Part shown: piece by piece, positions 39,522 through 48,190 of the stretch
How positions within the stretch are numbered: the stretch's first letter is position 1
How the letters are laid out: each line of letters begins with the position of its first letter
Source of the DNA: SAR202 cluster bacterium
GTDB lineage: Bacteria > Chloroflexota > Dehalococcoidia > Lucifugimonadales > Australimonadaceae
Assembly: GCA_016872415.1 (NCBI GenBank)
Contig: VGZX01000002.1
Coordinates: 19,447 to 83,446, forward strand
Direction of reading: 5' to 3'
DNA: 64,000 bases
Made by a program: the position numbers and the translations under genes
Notes under the pieces: generated by a model
Seen by the model: the letters and a program-made list of their open reading frames with translations, nothing else
What the model was told of the DNA's origin: nothing
The model's database searches: none

Positions 39522-39590
39522 AATCCGTAATTGCACGGGCGGCCGGCGGCTGGCCCTGGCAACGGTGACCTACAACGGGCGCGGAGCGGC

Positions 39591-39620
39591 TTGACGCGCT
39601 CTTCCGCGCGATGCTACATT
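39591..39620 (+). promoter_or_regulatory. Sigma-70-like promoter of hrcA-dnaJ-prmA
   Basis: TTGACG (39591-39596), an 18-nt spacer, then TACATT (39615-39620). It lies immediately upstream of the CIRCE element. Confidence 0.5.
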
Positions 39621-39625
39621 CGCCA

Positions 39626-39652
39626 CTAGCACTCATTCGACCTGACTGCTAA
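39626..39652 (+). promoter_or_regulatory. CIRCE operator (HrcA binding site)
   Basis: CTAGCACTC-N9-GACTGCTAA matches the consensus TTAGCACTC-N9-GAGTGCTAA at 16 of 18 positions. It is located between the promoter and the hrcA Shine-Dalgarno (AGGAG at 39653). Confidence 0.85.
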
Positions 39653-39663
39653 AGGAGTGGCGC

Positions 39664-40716
39664 ATGGATGCAGCCAAGCCGCCGCTGAACTCTCGGCGTC
39701 AGGCCATTCTCGAGATCCTCGTCACCGACTACATCCGCACCGCGATGCCCGTCGCATCGCAGCAGATCGCGGCGCGCGGCGACCTGAGTGTCTCGCCGGC
39801 GACCATCCGCAACGACATGGCCGAGCTGGAGGAGCTGGGCTTCATCTCGCGGCCGCACACGTCGGCCGGCGGCGTGCCGGCGGACCTGGCCTACCGCTTC
39901 CACGTCGAGAGGAGCGGCGGCACGGCCCGCGCTCCCCGCGAGTTCGAGTTGCTGGTCCGCCGCTCCATCAACGTCGAGGACGCCGACTTCGACAGCTGGG
40001 CACGTGCCGCCGCGAACGTCCTCGCGCGGACGATCCAGAACGGCGCCATCGCGACGGCGCCGCGCGTGTTCCAAACGCGCTTGAAGCAGCTGCAACTGGT
40101 GTCGCTCGGCGAGTTCCACGCGCTGCTGGTGCTGGTGATGCAAGAGGCGCGCGTGCGGCAGCATTTGATCCAGTTCCCCACGCACGTCATACAGGACCAG
40201 CTGACGGCGCTCGCCCTGAAGCTGAACACCACGATGTCGGGCAAGACGCCGCAGGAGATCCGCGCCACCTGGGACTCGCAGGAGCACGACGCGCTCAGCG
40301 ACCTGGTCATCGCGGAGGCCGTGCAGCTGATGGTCCAAGAGGAGCAGGACGAGCCGCAGCGGTCGTACGTCGATGGCCTCCGCCACATCCTCGGCCAGCC
40401 GGAGTTCGCGAGCGGCCTGCGCGCCCGCGAGGCGGCCGAGGTGCTGGAGGATACCCGCGTGCTGCGCCCCGTGCTCAACGAGGGTCAAGAGCCCGGCCAA
40501 GTGCGCGTGATCATCGGCGAGGAGCACGCCGACCAGCAGCTGCGGCCCTATAGCATCGTGCTGGCGCAATACGGCGTGCCGGGCGAGGCGACGGGCGTGC
40601 TGTGCGCCATCGGTCCGACGCGCATGGACTATAGTCGCAGCATCGCCACCGTGCGTTACCTCGCCGACTTTCTGACGCGGCTCACCGCGGCGCTGGAACA
40701 GAAAGAGCCGAAGTAG
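39664..40716 (+). CDS. hrcA: Heat-inducible transcription repressor HrcA
   Basis: 350 aa: RRQAILEILVTDYIRTAMPVASQQIA...VSPATIRNDMAELEELGFISRPHTSAGGVP is the HrcA N-terminal winged helix. It is preceded by CIRCE and followed by dnaJ. Confidence 0.9.
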   Translation: MDAAKPPLNSRRQAILEILVTDYIRTAMPVASQQIAARGDLSVSPATIRNDMAELEELGFISRPHTSAGGVPADLAYRFHVERSGGTARAPREFELLVRRSINVEDADFDSWARAAANVLARTIQNGAIATAPRVFQTRLKQLQLVSLGEFHALLVLVMQEARVRQHLIQFPTHVIQDQLTALALKLNTTMSGKTPQEIRATWDSQEHDALSDLVIAEAVQLMVQEEQDEPQRSYVDGLRHILGQPEFASGLRAREAAEVLEDTRVLRPVLNEGQEPGQVRVIIGEEHADQQLRPYSIVLAQYGVPGEATGVLCAIGPTRMDYSRSIATVRYLADFLTRLTAALEQKEPK

Positions 40717-40790
40717 CATCCTTGCGCGGCTTCGCGCCCGCCACCGGTGTGGTAGCCTAATCCAAGTGCCGCCCGGCGGCCGAACGCATC

Positions 40791-41906
40791 ATGACCACCA
40801 AACGCGACTATTACGTCATCCTAGAGGTGCCGCGGAGCGCCTCCGAAGAGGAAATTCGGAAGGCGTTCCGCAAGAAGGCCCTCGAATACCATCCGGACCG
40901 GAACAAAGCGACCGATGCCGCCGAGCGGTTCAAGGAGGTCAACGAGGCCTACCAGGTGCTCACCGACCCGGAGCGGCGCTCGCAGTACGACCGCTTCGGC
41001 CACGCGGCCACGCGCGGCGCGCCGGGAGGCCGCCCGCAGGGGTTCGAGGATGCCGACCTGTTTGGCGGTTTCGGCGACATTTTCGATGCCTTCTTCGGCA
41101 ACGGCTTCGGCGGCGCGGCACGCGGCCGCCCGCGCCAGGGCCGCGACCTCGAGACGGCTCTGCACATCGAGTTCGAGGAGGCCGTCTTCGGCGCCAAGAA
41201 GGAGATCGAGATACAGCGCACCGACCGCTGCTCGCGGTGCAAGGGCATGCGGGCCGAGCCGGGCAGCCCGCCGCAGGCCTGCGTCAACTGCCACGGCAGC
41301 GGCCGAGTCCGCAGGGCGCAGCGCAGCGTCTTCGGACAGTTCGTGACCGAGGCGCCGTGCAACGTGTGCGGCGGCACCGGGCAGACCATCCCTGTCGCGT
41401 GCGCCCAGTGCAAGGGCGCCGGTCGCGAGCGCGTCAAGAAGAAACTATCGTTCAACGTGCCGGCCGGCATCGAGGACGGCATGCAGCTGAACCTCCAAGG
41501 CGAGGGCGACGCGGGCGACGCCGGCGCGCCTCCCGGCGATTTGCAAATCACGGTGCGCGTGGCGCCGCATCCGGTGTTCCACCGTCAGAACGACGACATC
41601 GTGTATCTGCTGGACATCAGCTTTCCACATGCCGCGCTGGGCACGGAAGTCGAAGTGCCGACGCTGCGCGGCAAGGAGAAACTGAAAGTCCCGCCCGGCA
41701 CGCAGACGGGCGCGGTGTTCTACCTGAAAGGTCAGGGCGTGCCCCACCTCAACAGGCCAACGACACGCGGCGACGAGATCGTGACCGTGCGCGTCGCCAC
41801 GCCGGAGAAGCTGACGAAGCGCCAGCGCGAGCTGCTGGAGGAGCTGCAACGCACCATCGGCGAGGAGTCGGCCGACAAGGGGCGCGGTTGGTTCGGCAAG
41901 AACTAG
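40791..41906 (+). CDS. dnaJ: Co-chaperone DnaJ
   Basis: A J domain with HPD (YHPDRN), a G/F region, and four CxxCxGxG zinc motifs (CSRCKGMR, CVNCHGSG, CNVCGGTG, CAQCKGAG). Confidence 0.95.
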   Translation: MTTKRDYYVILEVPRSASEEEIRKAFRKKALEYHPDRNKATDAAERFKEVNEAYQVLTDPERRSQYDRFGHAATRGAPGGRPQGFEDADLFGGFGDIFDAFFGNGFGGAARGRPRQGRDLETALHIEFEEAVFGAKKEIEIQRTDRCSRCKGMRAEPGSPPQACVNCHGSGRVRRAQRSVFGQFVTEAPCNVCGGTGQTIPVACAQCKGAGRERVKKKLSFNVPAGIEDGMQLNLQGEGDAGDAGAPPGDLQITVRVAPHPVFHRQNDDIVYLLDISFPHAALGTEVEVPTLRGKEKLKVPPGTQTGAVFYLKGQGVPHLNRPTTRGDEIVTVRVATPEKLTKRQRELLEELQRTIGEESADKGRGWFGKN

Positions 41907-41921
41907 CCACCGAGATGACAC

Positions 41922-42851
41922 GTGCCTAAACGCCCTTGGATCGAACTGAGCATCCGCCTACCGTTCGAGTTCGTCGAGCCCGCCGCCGAGCTTTTCAGGC
42001 GCTACGGCAAGGGGGGCGTCGCCATCGAGGAGGCCGGCGGCTACAACCCCGACGAGGGCGAGGGGCCTCCCTCGCGCCAGAGCGCCATCGTCCGCACCTA
42101 CATGCCGCAGACCGCCGCATTCCGGGTCAACCGCGAGATGGTGCACATCGGCATCCAGCTCATCGGCCACATCACCGACCTGCCGCCGATGGAGGAGCGG
42201 GAGATACGCGAGGAGGAGTGGGAGGCGGCGTGGAAGGCGCATTTCACGCCCCTTCGCATCGGCGAGCGCCTGCTGGTGCAGCCCCCGTGGCACCGAGACA
42301 GCGTGACGCCGGACGACGTGGTCGTCGAGATCGACCCGGGAATGGCATTCGGCACGGGCCACCACCCGACCACCTATCGCGTGTTGCACACGCTGCAACT
42401 CGTGCTGCCGCGCCACCCGCGGGCGCGGGTCGTCGACGTCGGCGCGGGCTCCGGCATTCTGAGCATTGCCGCCGTCAAGCTCGGCGCGCGCTCCGTGACG
42501 GGCATCGAAATCGACAAGGTCGCGGCGAAGGCCGGGCGCGGCAACATCCGCGCTAACCGCGTGGGGCGACGCGCTCGGCTGCTCACGGGCACGCTGCCCA
42601 ACCCCGACATCCCACCCGGGGAAGCGGACCTCGTGCTCGCGAACATCAACTCGGTCGTCCTCGTGAAGATGGCCGTGGAGCTGCGTCGCCTGTTGAAGCC
42701 GGGCGGCGAGATCATCGCATCCGGCGTCCTGCAAGAACGGCGGCAGTCCGTCGTCGATGCGTTCGGCGAGGCAGGTCTTGGGATACGCCAGGAATTCCAC
42801 GACGACGATTGGGTGACGCTGCTCGCCAGCGCGGGCCCGGAACCGGCCTAG
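41922..42851 (+). CDS. prmA: Ribosomal protein L11 methyltransferase
   Basis: ...IDPGMAFGTGHHPTT...VVDVGAGSGILSIAA...ANI... is the PrmA pattern. The dnaJ-prmA linkage is common. Confidence 0.85.
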   Translation: MPKRPWIELSIRLPFEFVEPAAELFRRYGKGGVAIEEAGGYNPDEGEGPPSRQSAIVRTYMPQTAAFRVNREMVHIGIQLIGHITDLPPMEEREIREEEWEAAWKAHFTPLRIGERLLVQPPWHRDSVTPDDVVVEIDPGMAFGTGHHPTTYRVLHTLQLVLPRHPRARVVDVGAGSGILSIAAVKLGARSVTGIEIDKVAAKAGRGNIRANRVGRRARLLTGTLPNPDIPPGEADLVLANINSVVLVKMAVELRRLLKPGGEIIASGVLQERRQSVVDAFGEAGLGIRQEFHDDDWVTLLASAGPEPA

Positions 42852-43858
42852 GCGTGCTCCGGCTTTGGCGCGCGCCCCATCAGCTCCGCGATGGCGTCCC
42901 GCACGCCGAGGCCCTCGAATAGCACGCGCCGCGTCGTCTCGGTGATGGGCATTTCGACCCCAAGGGCCTTCGCCAGGTCCAGCGCCGCCGGCGTCGTCGA
43001 AACGCCCTCGGCCACCTCGCCGCCAAGCTCGTTCAGCGCCTGTTGGAGCGTGAGCCCCCGCGCGAGCGCCGCGCCGACGCGATGGTTACGGCTCAACGCG
43101 CTGTAGCAGGTCGCGATGAGATCGCCAAGGCCGGCGAGGCCGGCGAACGTCAGCGGGTGGGCGCCGGCGGCGACGCCGAGGCGGGTGATTTCCGCCAGCC
43201 CGCGGCCAACGAAGCCGGCCTTGGCGTTGTCTCCCAGGCGCAGGCCGTCGCAGATGCCCGCGCCGATGGAGATGATGTTCTTCAGCGCGCCGCCCAGCTC
43301 CGTGCCGACCACATCGCTGTTGGTGTAAACGCGCAACGTGTTGGAGTTGATGAGCGCCTGCGCGCGGAGAGCGGCGGAGTCGTCCGCCGAGGCGACGACG
43401 GTCGACGCGGGCAACCCCAACACGATCTCGTGCGCGAGGTTGGGTCCCGACAGCGCGCAGATCGGATTGGCGCCGCCCAGCTCCTCGCGCAGCACCACGC
43501 TCATGCGCTTCGCGGTGGCCTGCTCGAGGCCCTTGCACGCGGATATCACCACGGCGCCGCGCGGAATGCGCGGCGCCAGCTCCCGCGCGTTGCGCCGCAG
43601 CGTTTGGCTGGGCACCGCGAAGACGACCATCGCCGCGTCGGCCAATGTCGTGGCATCGGCTGTGACGCGCATCGATGGCGGGAAGCGCTGGCCCGGCAGC
43701 CGCGCCCCATGCTCGCGCGAAGCCTCGAGGCGAGCAGCCTCCGCCGGCGAGCGCGCGAGCAGCAGCACCGGCAGGCCGCGGCGGGCCAACGTCAGCGCGA
43801 GGGTCGTCCCCCATGTCGTCGTGCCGACGATGGCCGTCGACGCGCCCAAGGCGTTCAT
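42848..43858 (-). CDS. gpsA: NAD(P)H-dependent glycerol-3-phosphate dehydrogenase
   Basis: N-terminal GTTTWGTTLA (dinucleotide fold) and GALKNIISIGAGI. Confidence 0.9.
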   Translation of the reverse strand: MNALGASTAIVGTTTWGTTLALTLARRGLPVLLLARSPAEAARLEASREHGARLPGQRFPPSMRVTADATTLADAAMVVFAVPSQTLRRNARELAPRIPRGAVVISACKGLEQATAKRMSVVLREELGGANPICALSGPNLAHEIVLGLPASTVVASADDSAALRAQALINSNTLRVYTNSDVVGTELGGALKNIISIGAGICDGLRLGDNAKAGFVGRGLAEITRLGVAAGAHPLTFAGLAGLGDLIATCYSALSRNHRVGAALARGLTLQQALNELGGEVAEGVSTTPAALDLAKALGVEMPITETTRRVLFEGLGVRDAIAELMGRAPKPEHA

Positions 43859-43921
43859 GGAGCGCCGCCGTGGGGCGATGTCGAGCCATGCAGCGAGGCG
43901 TCGCGGTGCCGCATGCCGGGC

Positions 43922-45676
43922 CTACCGCCGGTCCGCGACTGCATCTTGCATGCGGGCGATGATGTCGCCAGTCGGCACGATCTTGAGGTCTTCGCCGCTC
44001 CGGAGCCGCACCGCGGCTCCGTTGGCTTCTGCTTCCTTGTCGCCGACCACCAGCATGTACGGCACCTTTTGCAGCTGAGCGTCGCGGATCTTGGCGTTCA
44101 TGCGCTCGTTGCGGTCGTCCACCTGAACGCGGAAGCCGGCGGCCGTCAGCGTGCTCCGCAGCTCTTGCGCGTAGGCGACGTGGCGGTCGGCGATGGGGAT
44201 GACCGTCGCCTGCACCGGCGCGAGCCACAGCGGGAACGCACCGCCATAGTGCTCGATCAGCACCCCGAAGAAACGTTCAAGAGACCCGAATAATGCGCGG
44301 TGCACCATGAATGGCTGATGCTCCACGCCGTCTTGACCGGCATACGTCAGGCCGAACCGAGCCGGTAGGTTGAAGTCGAACTGGACGGTGGTGCACTGCC
44401 AAGCCCGACCGATCGCGTCCTTCACTTTGATGTCGAGCTTCGGGCCGTAGAAGGCGCCGCCGCCCTCGTCCACGGAATAGGCGATGTTCTTGCGCTCCAG
44501 CGCGCGCCGCAGCGAATCGGTCGCGTGCCGCCAGTCCTCGTCGCGGCCGACGGCCTTCTCCGGTTTGGTGCTGAGGTATACGTCGTAGTCGGTGAAGCCG
44601 AAGGCGCCGAGCAAGGAGAACGCGAAGTCGAGCACGCCGATCACCTCGTCCTCTACCTGCTCGGGGCGGCAGAAGATGTGGGCATCGTCCTGCGTGAAGC
44701 CGCGCACGCGCATGAGCCCGTGCAGCACGCCGCTGCGCTCGTAGCGGTACACCGTGCCCATCTCCGTCAGCCGCATCGGCAGTTCGCGGTACGAGCGCTT
44801 GGCCGACTTGTAGACCTGGATGTGGAACGGGCAGTTCATGGGCTTCGCGAAATACTCTTGGTCGTCGACCTCCATCGCGTCATACATGTTCTCGCGGTAG
44901 AAGCCCAGGTGCCCGCTCGTCTCCCACAGCGCGCCGCGTCCGATGTGCGGCGAATACACGAGCTCGTAACCCCGGCGCAGGTGCTCGGAGCGCCAGTGTT
45001 CCTCCATGATGGAGCGGATGCGCGCCCCCTTCGGATGCCAGATGATGAGGCCCGGCCCCACCTGGTCCGAGATCGAGAAGAGGTCGAGGTCCCGTCCCAG
45101 CTTGCGGTGGTCGCGCCGGTTCGCCTCCTCTAGTCGGCGCAGGTAGGCGTCCAGCGCCTCGCGCGATTCCCACGCGGTGCCGTAGATGCGCTGGAGCATG
45201 GGGTTGCGCTCGTCGCCGCGCCAGTAGGCGCCCGCGACGCTCATCAGCTTGAGGGCCGGCACCTGGCCGGTGGATTCTACGTGAGGGCCGCGGCACAGGT
45301 CGACGAAGCCGCCGTGCCGGTACACTGTGATGGGCGCGCCCTCCGGAATCGCGTCGATGATCTCCAGCTTGAACGGCTGGTCGGCGAAGCGGCGCTTCGC
45401 CTCGTCCCGGCTGACCTCGACCAACTCGAACTCATGGTTGGCCTCGATCTCCCGCTTCATCGCCTCTTCGATCTTGGCGAGGTCTTCCGGCGTGAAGGGC
45501 TTGTCCGCCATGAAATCATAGTAAAAGCCATCCTCGGTCGCCGGCCCGATGGCGAATTTGGTGCCGGGATAGAGCCTCGTCACCGCGTCCGCCATGATGT
45601 GCGCGGCCGAGTGCCGCAAACGGCGGCGCCGGTCTTCCAGCCGCGCCTCGGCTTCGCTCTTCTCTTTTACTGGCAT
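43922..45676 (-). CDS. thrS: Threonine--tRNA ligase (short form lacking the N-terminal TGS domain)
   Basis: 584 aa. The editing-domain motif HSAAHIMA appears about 22 aa from the N-terminus. Class II catalytic core and anticodon-binding domain patterns follow. Confidence 0.95.
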   Translation of the reverse strand: MPVKEKSEAEARLEDRRRRLRHSAAHIMADAVTRLYPGTKFAIGPATEDGFYYDFMADKPFTPEDLAKIEEAMKREIEANHEFELVEVSRDEAKRRFADQPFKLEIIDAIPEGAPITVYRHGGFVDLCRGPHVESTGQVPALKLMSVAGAYWRGDERNPMLQRIYGTAWESREALDAYLRRLEEANRRDHRKLGRDLDLFSISDQVGPGLIIWHPKGARIRSIMEEHWRSEHLRRGYELVYSPHIGRGALWETSGHLGFYRENMYDAMEVDDQEYFAKPMNCPFHIQVYKSAKRSYRELPMRLTEMGTVYRYERSGVLHGLMRVRGFTQDDAHIFCRPEQVEDEVIGVLDFAFSLLGAFGFTDYDVYLSTKPEKAVGRDEDWRHATDSLRRALERKNIAYSVDEGGGAFYGPKLDIKVKDAIGRAWQCTTVQFDFNLPARFGLTYAGQDGVEHQPFMVHRALFGSLERFFGVLIEHYGGAFPLWLAPVQATVIPIADRHVAYAQELRSTLTAAGFRVQVDDRNERMNAKIRDAQLQKVPYMLVVGDKEAEANGAAVRLRSGEDLKIVPTGDIIARMQDAVADRR

Positions 45677-45802
45677 GGCCCATCCTCATTCATGCGCCCC
45701 CGCGCGTGGCGGCGGGCGCTGTCCGGCTTCGTTATCCGTCGCATCATAGCGGTGGTGCCCCGCGCCGCAAAGGTCGCCGGCCTGGGGGCCATCGCGTTGG
45801 GC

Positions 45803-45828
45803 AAAGAAAAGGGGCGCCAGGGCGCCCC
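45803..45828 (-). terminator. Intrinsic terminator/attenuator in the thrS leader
   Basis: On the minus strand GGGGCGCC-CT-GGCGCCCC (45828-45811) is followed by TTTTCTTT (45810-45803). It lies 127 nt upstream of the thrS ATG and 26 nt downstream of the leader-ORF stop. Confidence 0.75.
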
Positions 45829-45853
45829 TCCCCGCGATCGTCGCTCCGCGCGC

Positions 45854-45952
45854 CCTAGCCGGTAACGGCCACGGCCGCCATGACACACGCCCCGGCAGCC
45901 GTGGCCTGCGTAATCGGCGGCGTCGTGGTGGCGGTGCAGTGGCCGTCGCGCA
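45854..45952 (-). CDS. Thr-rich leader peptide ORF upstream of thrS (32 codons)
   Basis: My manual translation gives MRDGHCTATTTPPITQATAAGACVMAAVAVTG, then TAG. GAGGAGA ends 3 nt upstream of ATG 45952. It is too short to appear in the ORF track. Confidence 0.5.
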
Positions 45953-46030
45953 TCGGTCTCCTCGCGTTTGACCCCATCAGCATATCGTCCGACAATCCTG
46001 TCTGTCCATCGCCTCCCGGACGTGAGGAGC

Positions 46031-47575
46031 ATGCGCGAGCGTTACGACTACATCGTCATCGGCAGCGGCATCGCGGGGCTGTTCGCGGCGCTCGCCGCCC
46101 AGGAGCACGGCTCCGTGCTGCTCATCACTAAGGGCAGCATTGAGGACTGCAACACCCTGTTCGCGCAAGGAGGCATCGCCGCCGCCGTCGGGCGCGACGA
46201 CACAGCCGATCTGCACCTGCGCGACACGCTGGCGGCGGGCGCCGGCCTCGTCGACGCCGACGCGGCGAGGGTGCTCACCACGGAGGGCCCGCAGCGTGTC
46301 GCCGAGCTGATCAAGATGGGCGTCGCGTTCGACGCCGTCCACGGCGAGGTGGCGCTGGCCCGCGAGGGCGCCCACAGCCGCGCGCGGGTGCTGCACGCGG
46401 GCGGAGACGCGACCGGCGCGCACATCGAAACCACGCTGGCGAGCGCCGCGCGAGACTCGCGGGTGCGGGTGCTGGAGTACGCGCTGGCGATGTCGATCCG
46501 CACCGACCCCCGCACCGGCGCGGCCGAGGGCGTCGACGTGCTCGACATCCGCATTGGTTTCACGGTCCATGTCGCCGCCCGGCACATCATCCTCGCCACG
46601 GGTGGAGCGGGTCAGCTCTTCCGGTCAACCACGAACCCCGAGGTGGCGACCGGCGACGGCGTCGCGCTGGCGTTCCGCGCCGGCGCACGGTTGATGGACA
46701 TGGAGTTCTACCAGTTCCATCCCACGGCGTTGGTGGTGCCCGGCGCGCCGCGCTTCCTCATCTCCGAGGCGGTGCGCGGCGAGGGCGGCATCCTGCGGAA
46801 CGGCAATGGCGAGGCCTTCATGGCGCGCTACCACGAGCTGAGGGACTTGGCCCCACGCGACATCGTGGCACGCGCCATCGTGAGCGAAATGCGCGCGGCG
46901 AACACCGATCACGTATACCTGGATGTGACGCACCTGCCGGTGGAGGTGGTCACGACCCGCTTCCCGACGATCTCTCACACCTGCCGGCAGTACAGCATCG
47001 ACATCACGAGGCAGTCGATTCCCGTCGCGCCCGCCGCGCACTATATGATGGGCGGCGTGCGGACGAACCTTTGGGGCGAAACGTCGGTGCCGAACCTGTA
47101 CGCGGCGGGCGAGGTTACCTGTACCGGCGTGCACGGCGCCAACCGGCTCGCCAGCAACTCGCTGCTGGAAACCATCGTCTTCGCGCGGCGCGTCATCCAG
47201 CGCACGCTTGGCGAGGGCGGCGAGGCCGGGGGCCGGGGGCGCGCGGAGGAAATCGTCCGCGTGACGCACCGCGACGGCGCGGCGGCGGAGCGCCCGGACC
47301 GTGAGGCGTTGCAGTCGCTGATGTGGAACAACGTCGGCATCCTGCGCGACGAGCAACGCCTGACGAGCGCCGCCGACCGGCTGAGCGCGTGGGCGCTGGT
47401 GCCGCCGCACGCCAACGACCGCGCGAGCCACGAGGTCGCGAACATGTCGCTGGTTGGCTGGCTCATGGCGGAGGCGGCATTGCGCCGCACGGAGAGCCGT
47501 GGCGCGCATTACCGCACCGACCACCCGGAAACGCGCCCCGAGTGGGAGAGGCACCTCGTGCTGGTGCGGGGCTAG
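46031..47575 (+). CDS. nadB: L-aspartate oxidase
   Basis: YDYIVIGSGIAGLFAA (FAD fold), HPTA..., RGEGG, and the C-terminal SRGAHYRTDHP. The start is taken at ATG 46031 (MRERYDY...); GTG 46022 is possible. Confidence 0.9.
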   Translation: MRERYDYIVIGSGIAGLFAALAAQEHGSVLLITKGSIEDCNTLFAQGGIAAAVGRDDTADLHLRDTLAAGAGLVDADAARVLTTEGPQRVAELIKMGVAFDAVHGEVALAREGAHSRARVLHAGGDATGAHIETTLASAARDSRVRVLEYALAMSIRTDPRTGAAEGVDVLDIRIGFTVHVAARHIILATGGAGQLFRSTTNPEVATGDGVALAFRAGARLMDMEFYQFHPTALVVPGAPRFLISEAVRGEGGILRNGNGEAFMARYHELRDLAPRDIVARAIVSEMRAANTDHVYLDVTHLPVEVVTTRFPTISHTCRQYSIDITRQSIPVAPAAHYMMGGVRTNLWGETSVPNLYAAGEVTCTGVHGANRLASNSLLETIVFARRVIQRTLGEGGEAGGRGRAEEIVRVTHRDGAAAERPDREALQSLMWNNVGILRDEQRLTSAADRLSAWALVPPHANDRASHEVANMSLVGWLMAEAALRRTESRGAHYRTDHPETRPEWERHLVLVRG

Positions 47576-47577
47576 CC

Positions 47578-48186
47578 ATGCCGGGCGTCGCCGCGCTGCT
47601 GCTGGCCGCCGGGGAATCGTCGCGCATGGGCGAGCCGAAGGCGCTCCTGCCCTGGCTGGGCGGCCGCGCGTTGCTCGCGTGGGGCGTGGAGTCGCTGCGG
47701 GAGGCCGGTTACTCGCCCATCGTGGTCGTGCTCGGCCACGCCGCCGAGCGCCTCCGCGCGGAAGTGCCGAGCCATCCGGGCGTCTCGATCGTCGTCAACG
47801 ACGGCCATGCCGGGGGCCGCTCGACCTCCATCGTGGCCGGGGTGCGCGCCGTCCCCGCCGACGCCGACGCGGTACTCGTCGCCAGCATCGATCAACCCCG
47901 CTCCGTGACGCTCTTACGCGACTTGAGAGTTGCGTGGGAGGCTTCGCGGCCACTCATCGCGGTGCCGGCGCTGGATGGTAGGCCCGGGCATCCGCCGCTG
48001 TTCAGCGCGGTCTTACGCGATGAGCTACTGAACGTGAGCGAAGCGTCCGAGGGTTTGCGCGCGGTCGTGTCGCGGCACCGGGCGGAGCGGCTGCTCGTGC
48101 CGTCGGACGATCCGCTGGCGCTGGCGAACCTCAACACGCGCGCCGATTACGAGGCGGCGCTACGGCTCGCATCGGGAGGTGTCTAG
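47578..48186 (+). CDS. MobA/MocA-like nucleotidyltransferase
   Basis: ATG 47578 lies 3 nt after the nadB stop. AALLLAAGESSRMGEPKALLPWLG is the typical N-terminal NTP-transferase motif. Confidence 0.7.
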   Translation: MPGVAALLLAAGESSRMGEPKALLPWLGGRALLAWGVESLREAGYSPIVVVLGHAAERLRAEVPSHPGVSIVVNDGHAGGRSTSIVAGVRAVPADADAVLVASIDQPRSVTLLRDLRVAWEASRPLIAVPALDGRPGHPPLFSAVLRDELLNVSEASEGLRAVVSRHRAERLLVPSDDPLALANLNTRADYEAALRLASGGV

Positions 48187-48190
48187 TCCC

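Noticed and set aside
45854-45952. The Thr/Cys-containing 32-aa peptide as a RiPP (lanthipeptide-like) precursor.
   Set aside because: No dehydratase, cyclase, protease or transporter genes are nearby. Its position, its Thr-codon run and the terminator immediately upstream of thrS fit a regulatory leader peptide better.
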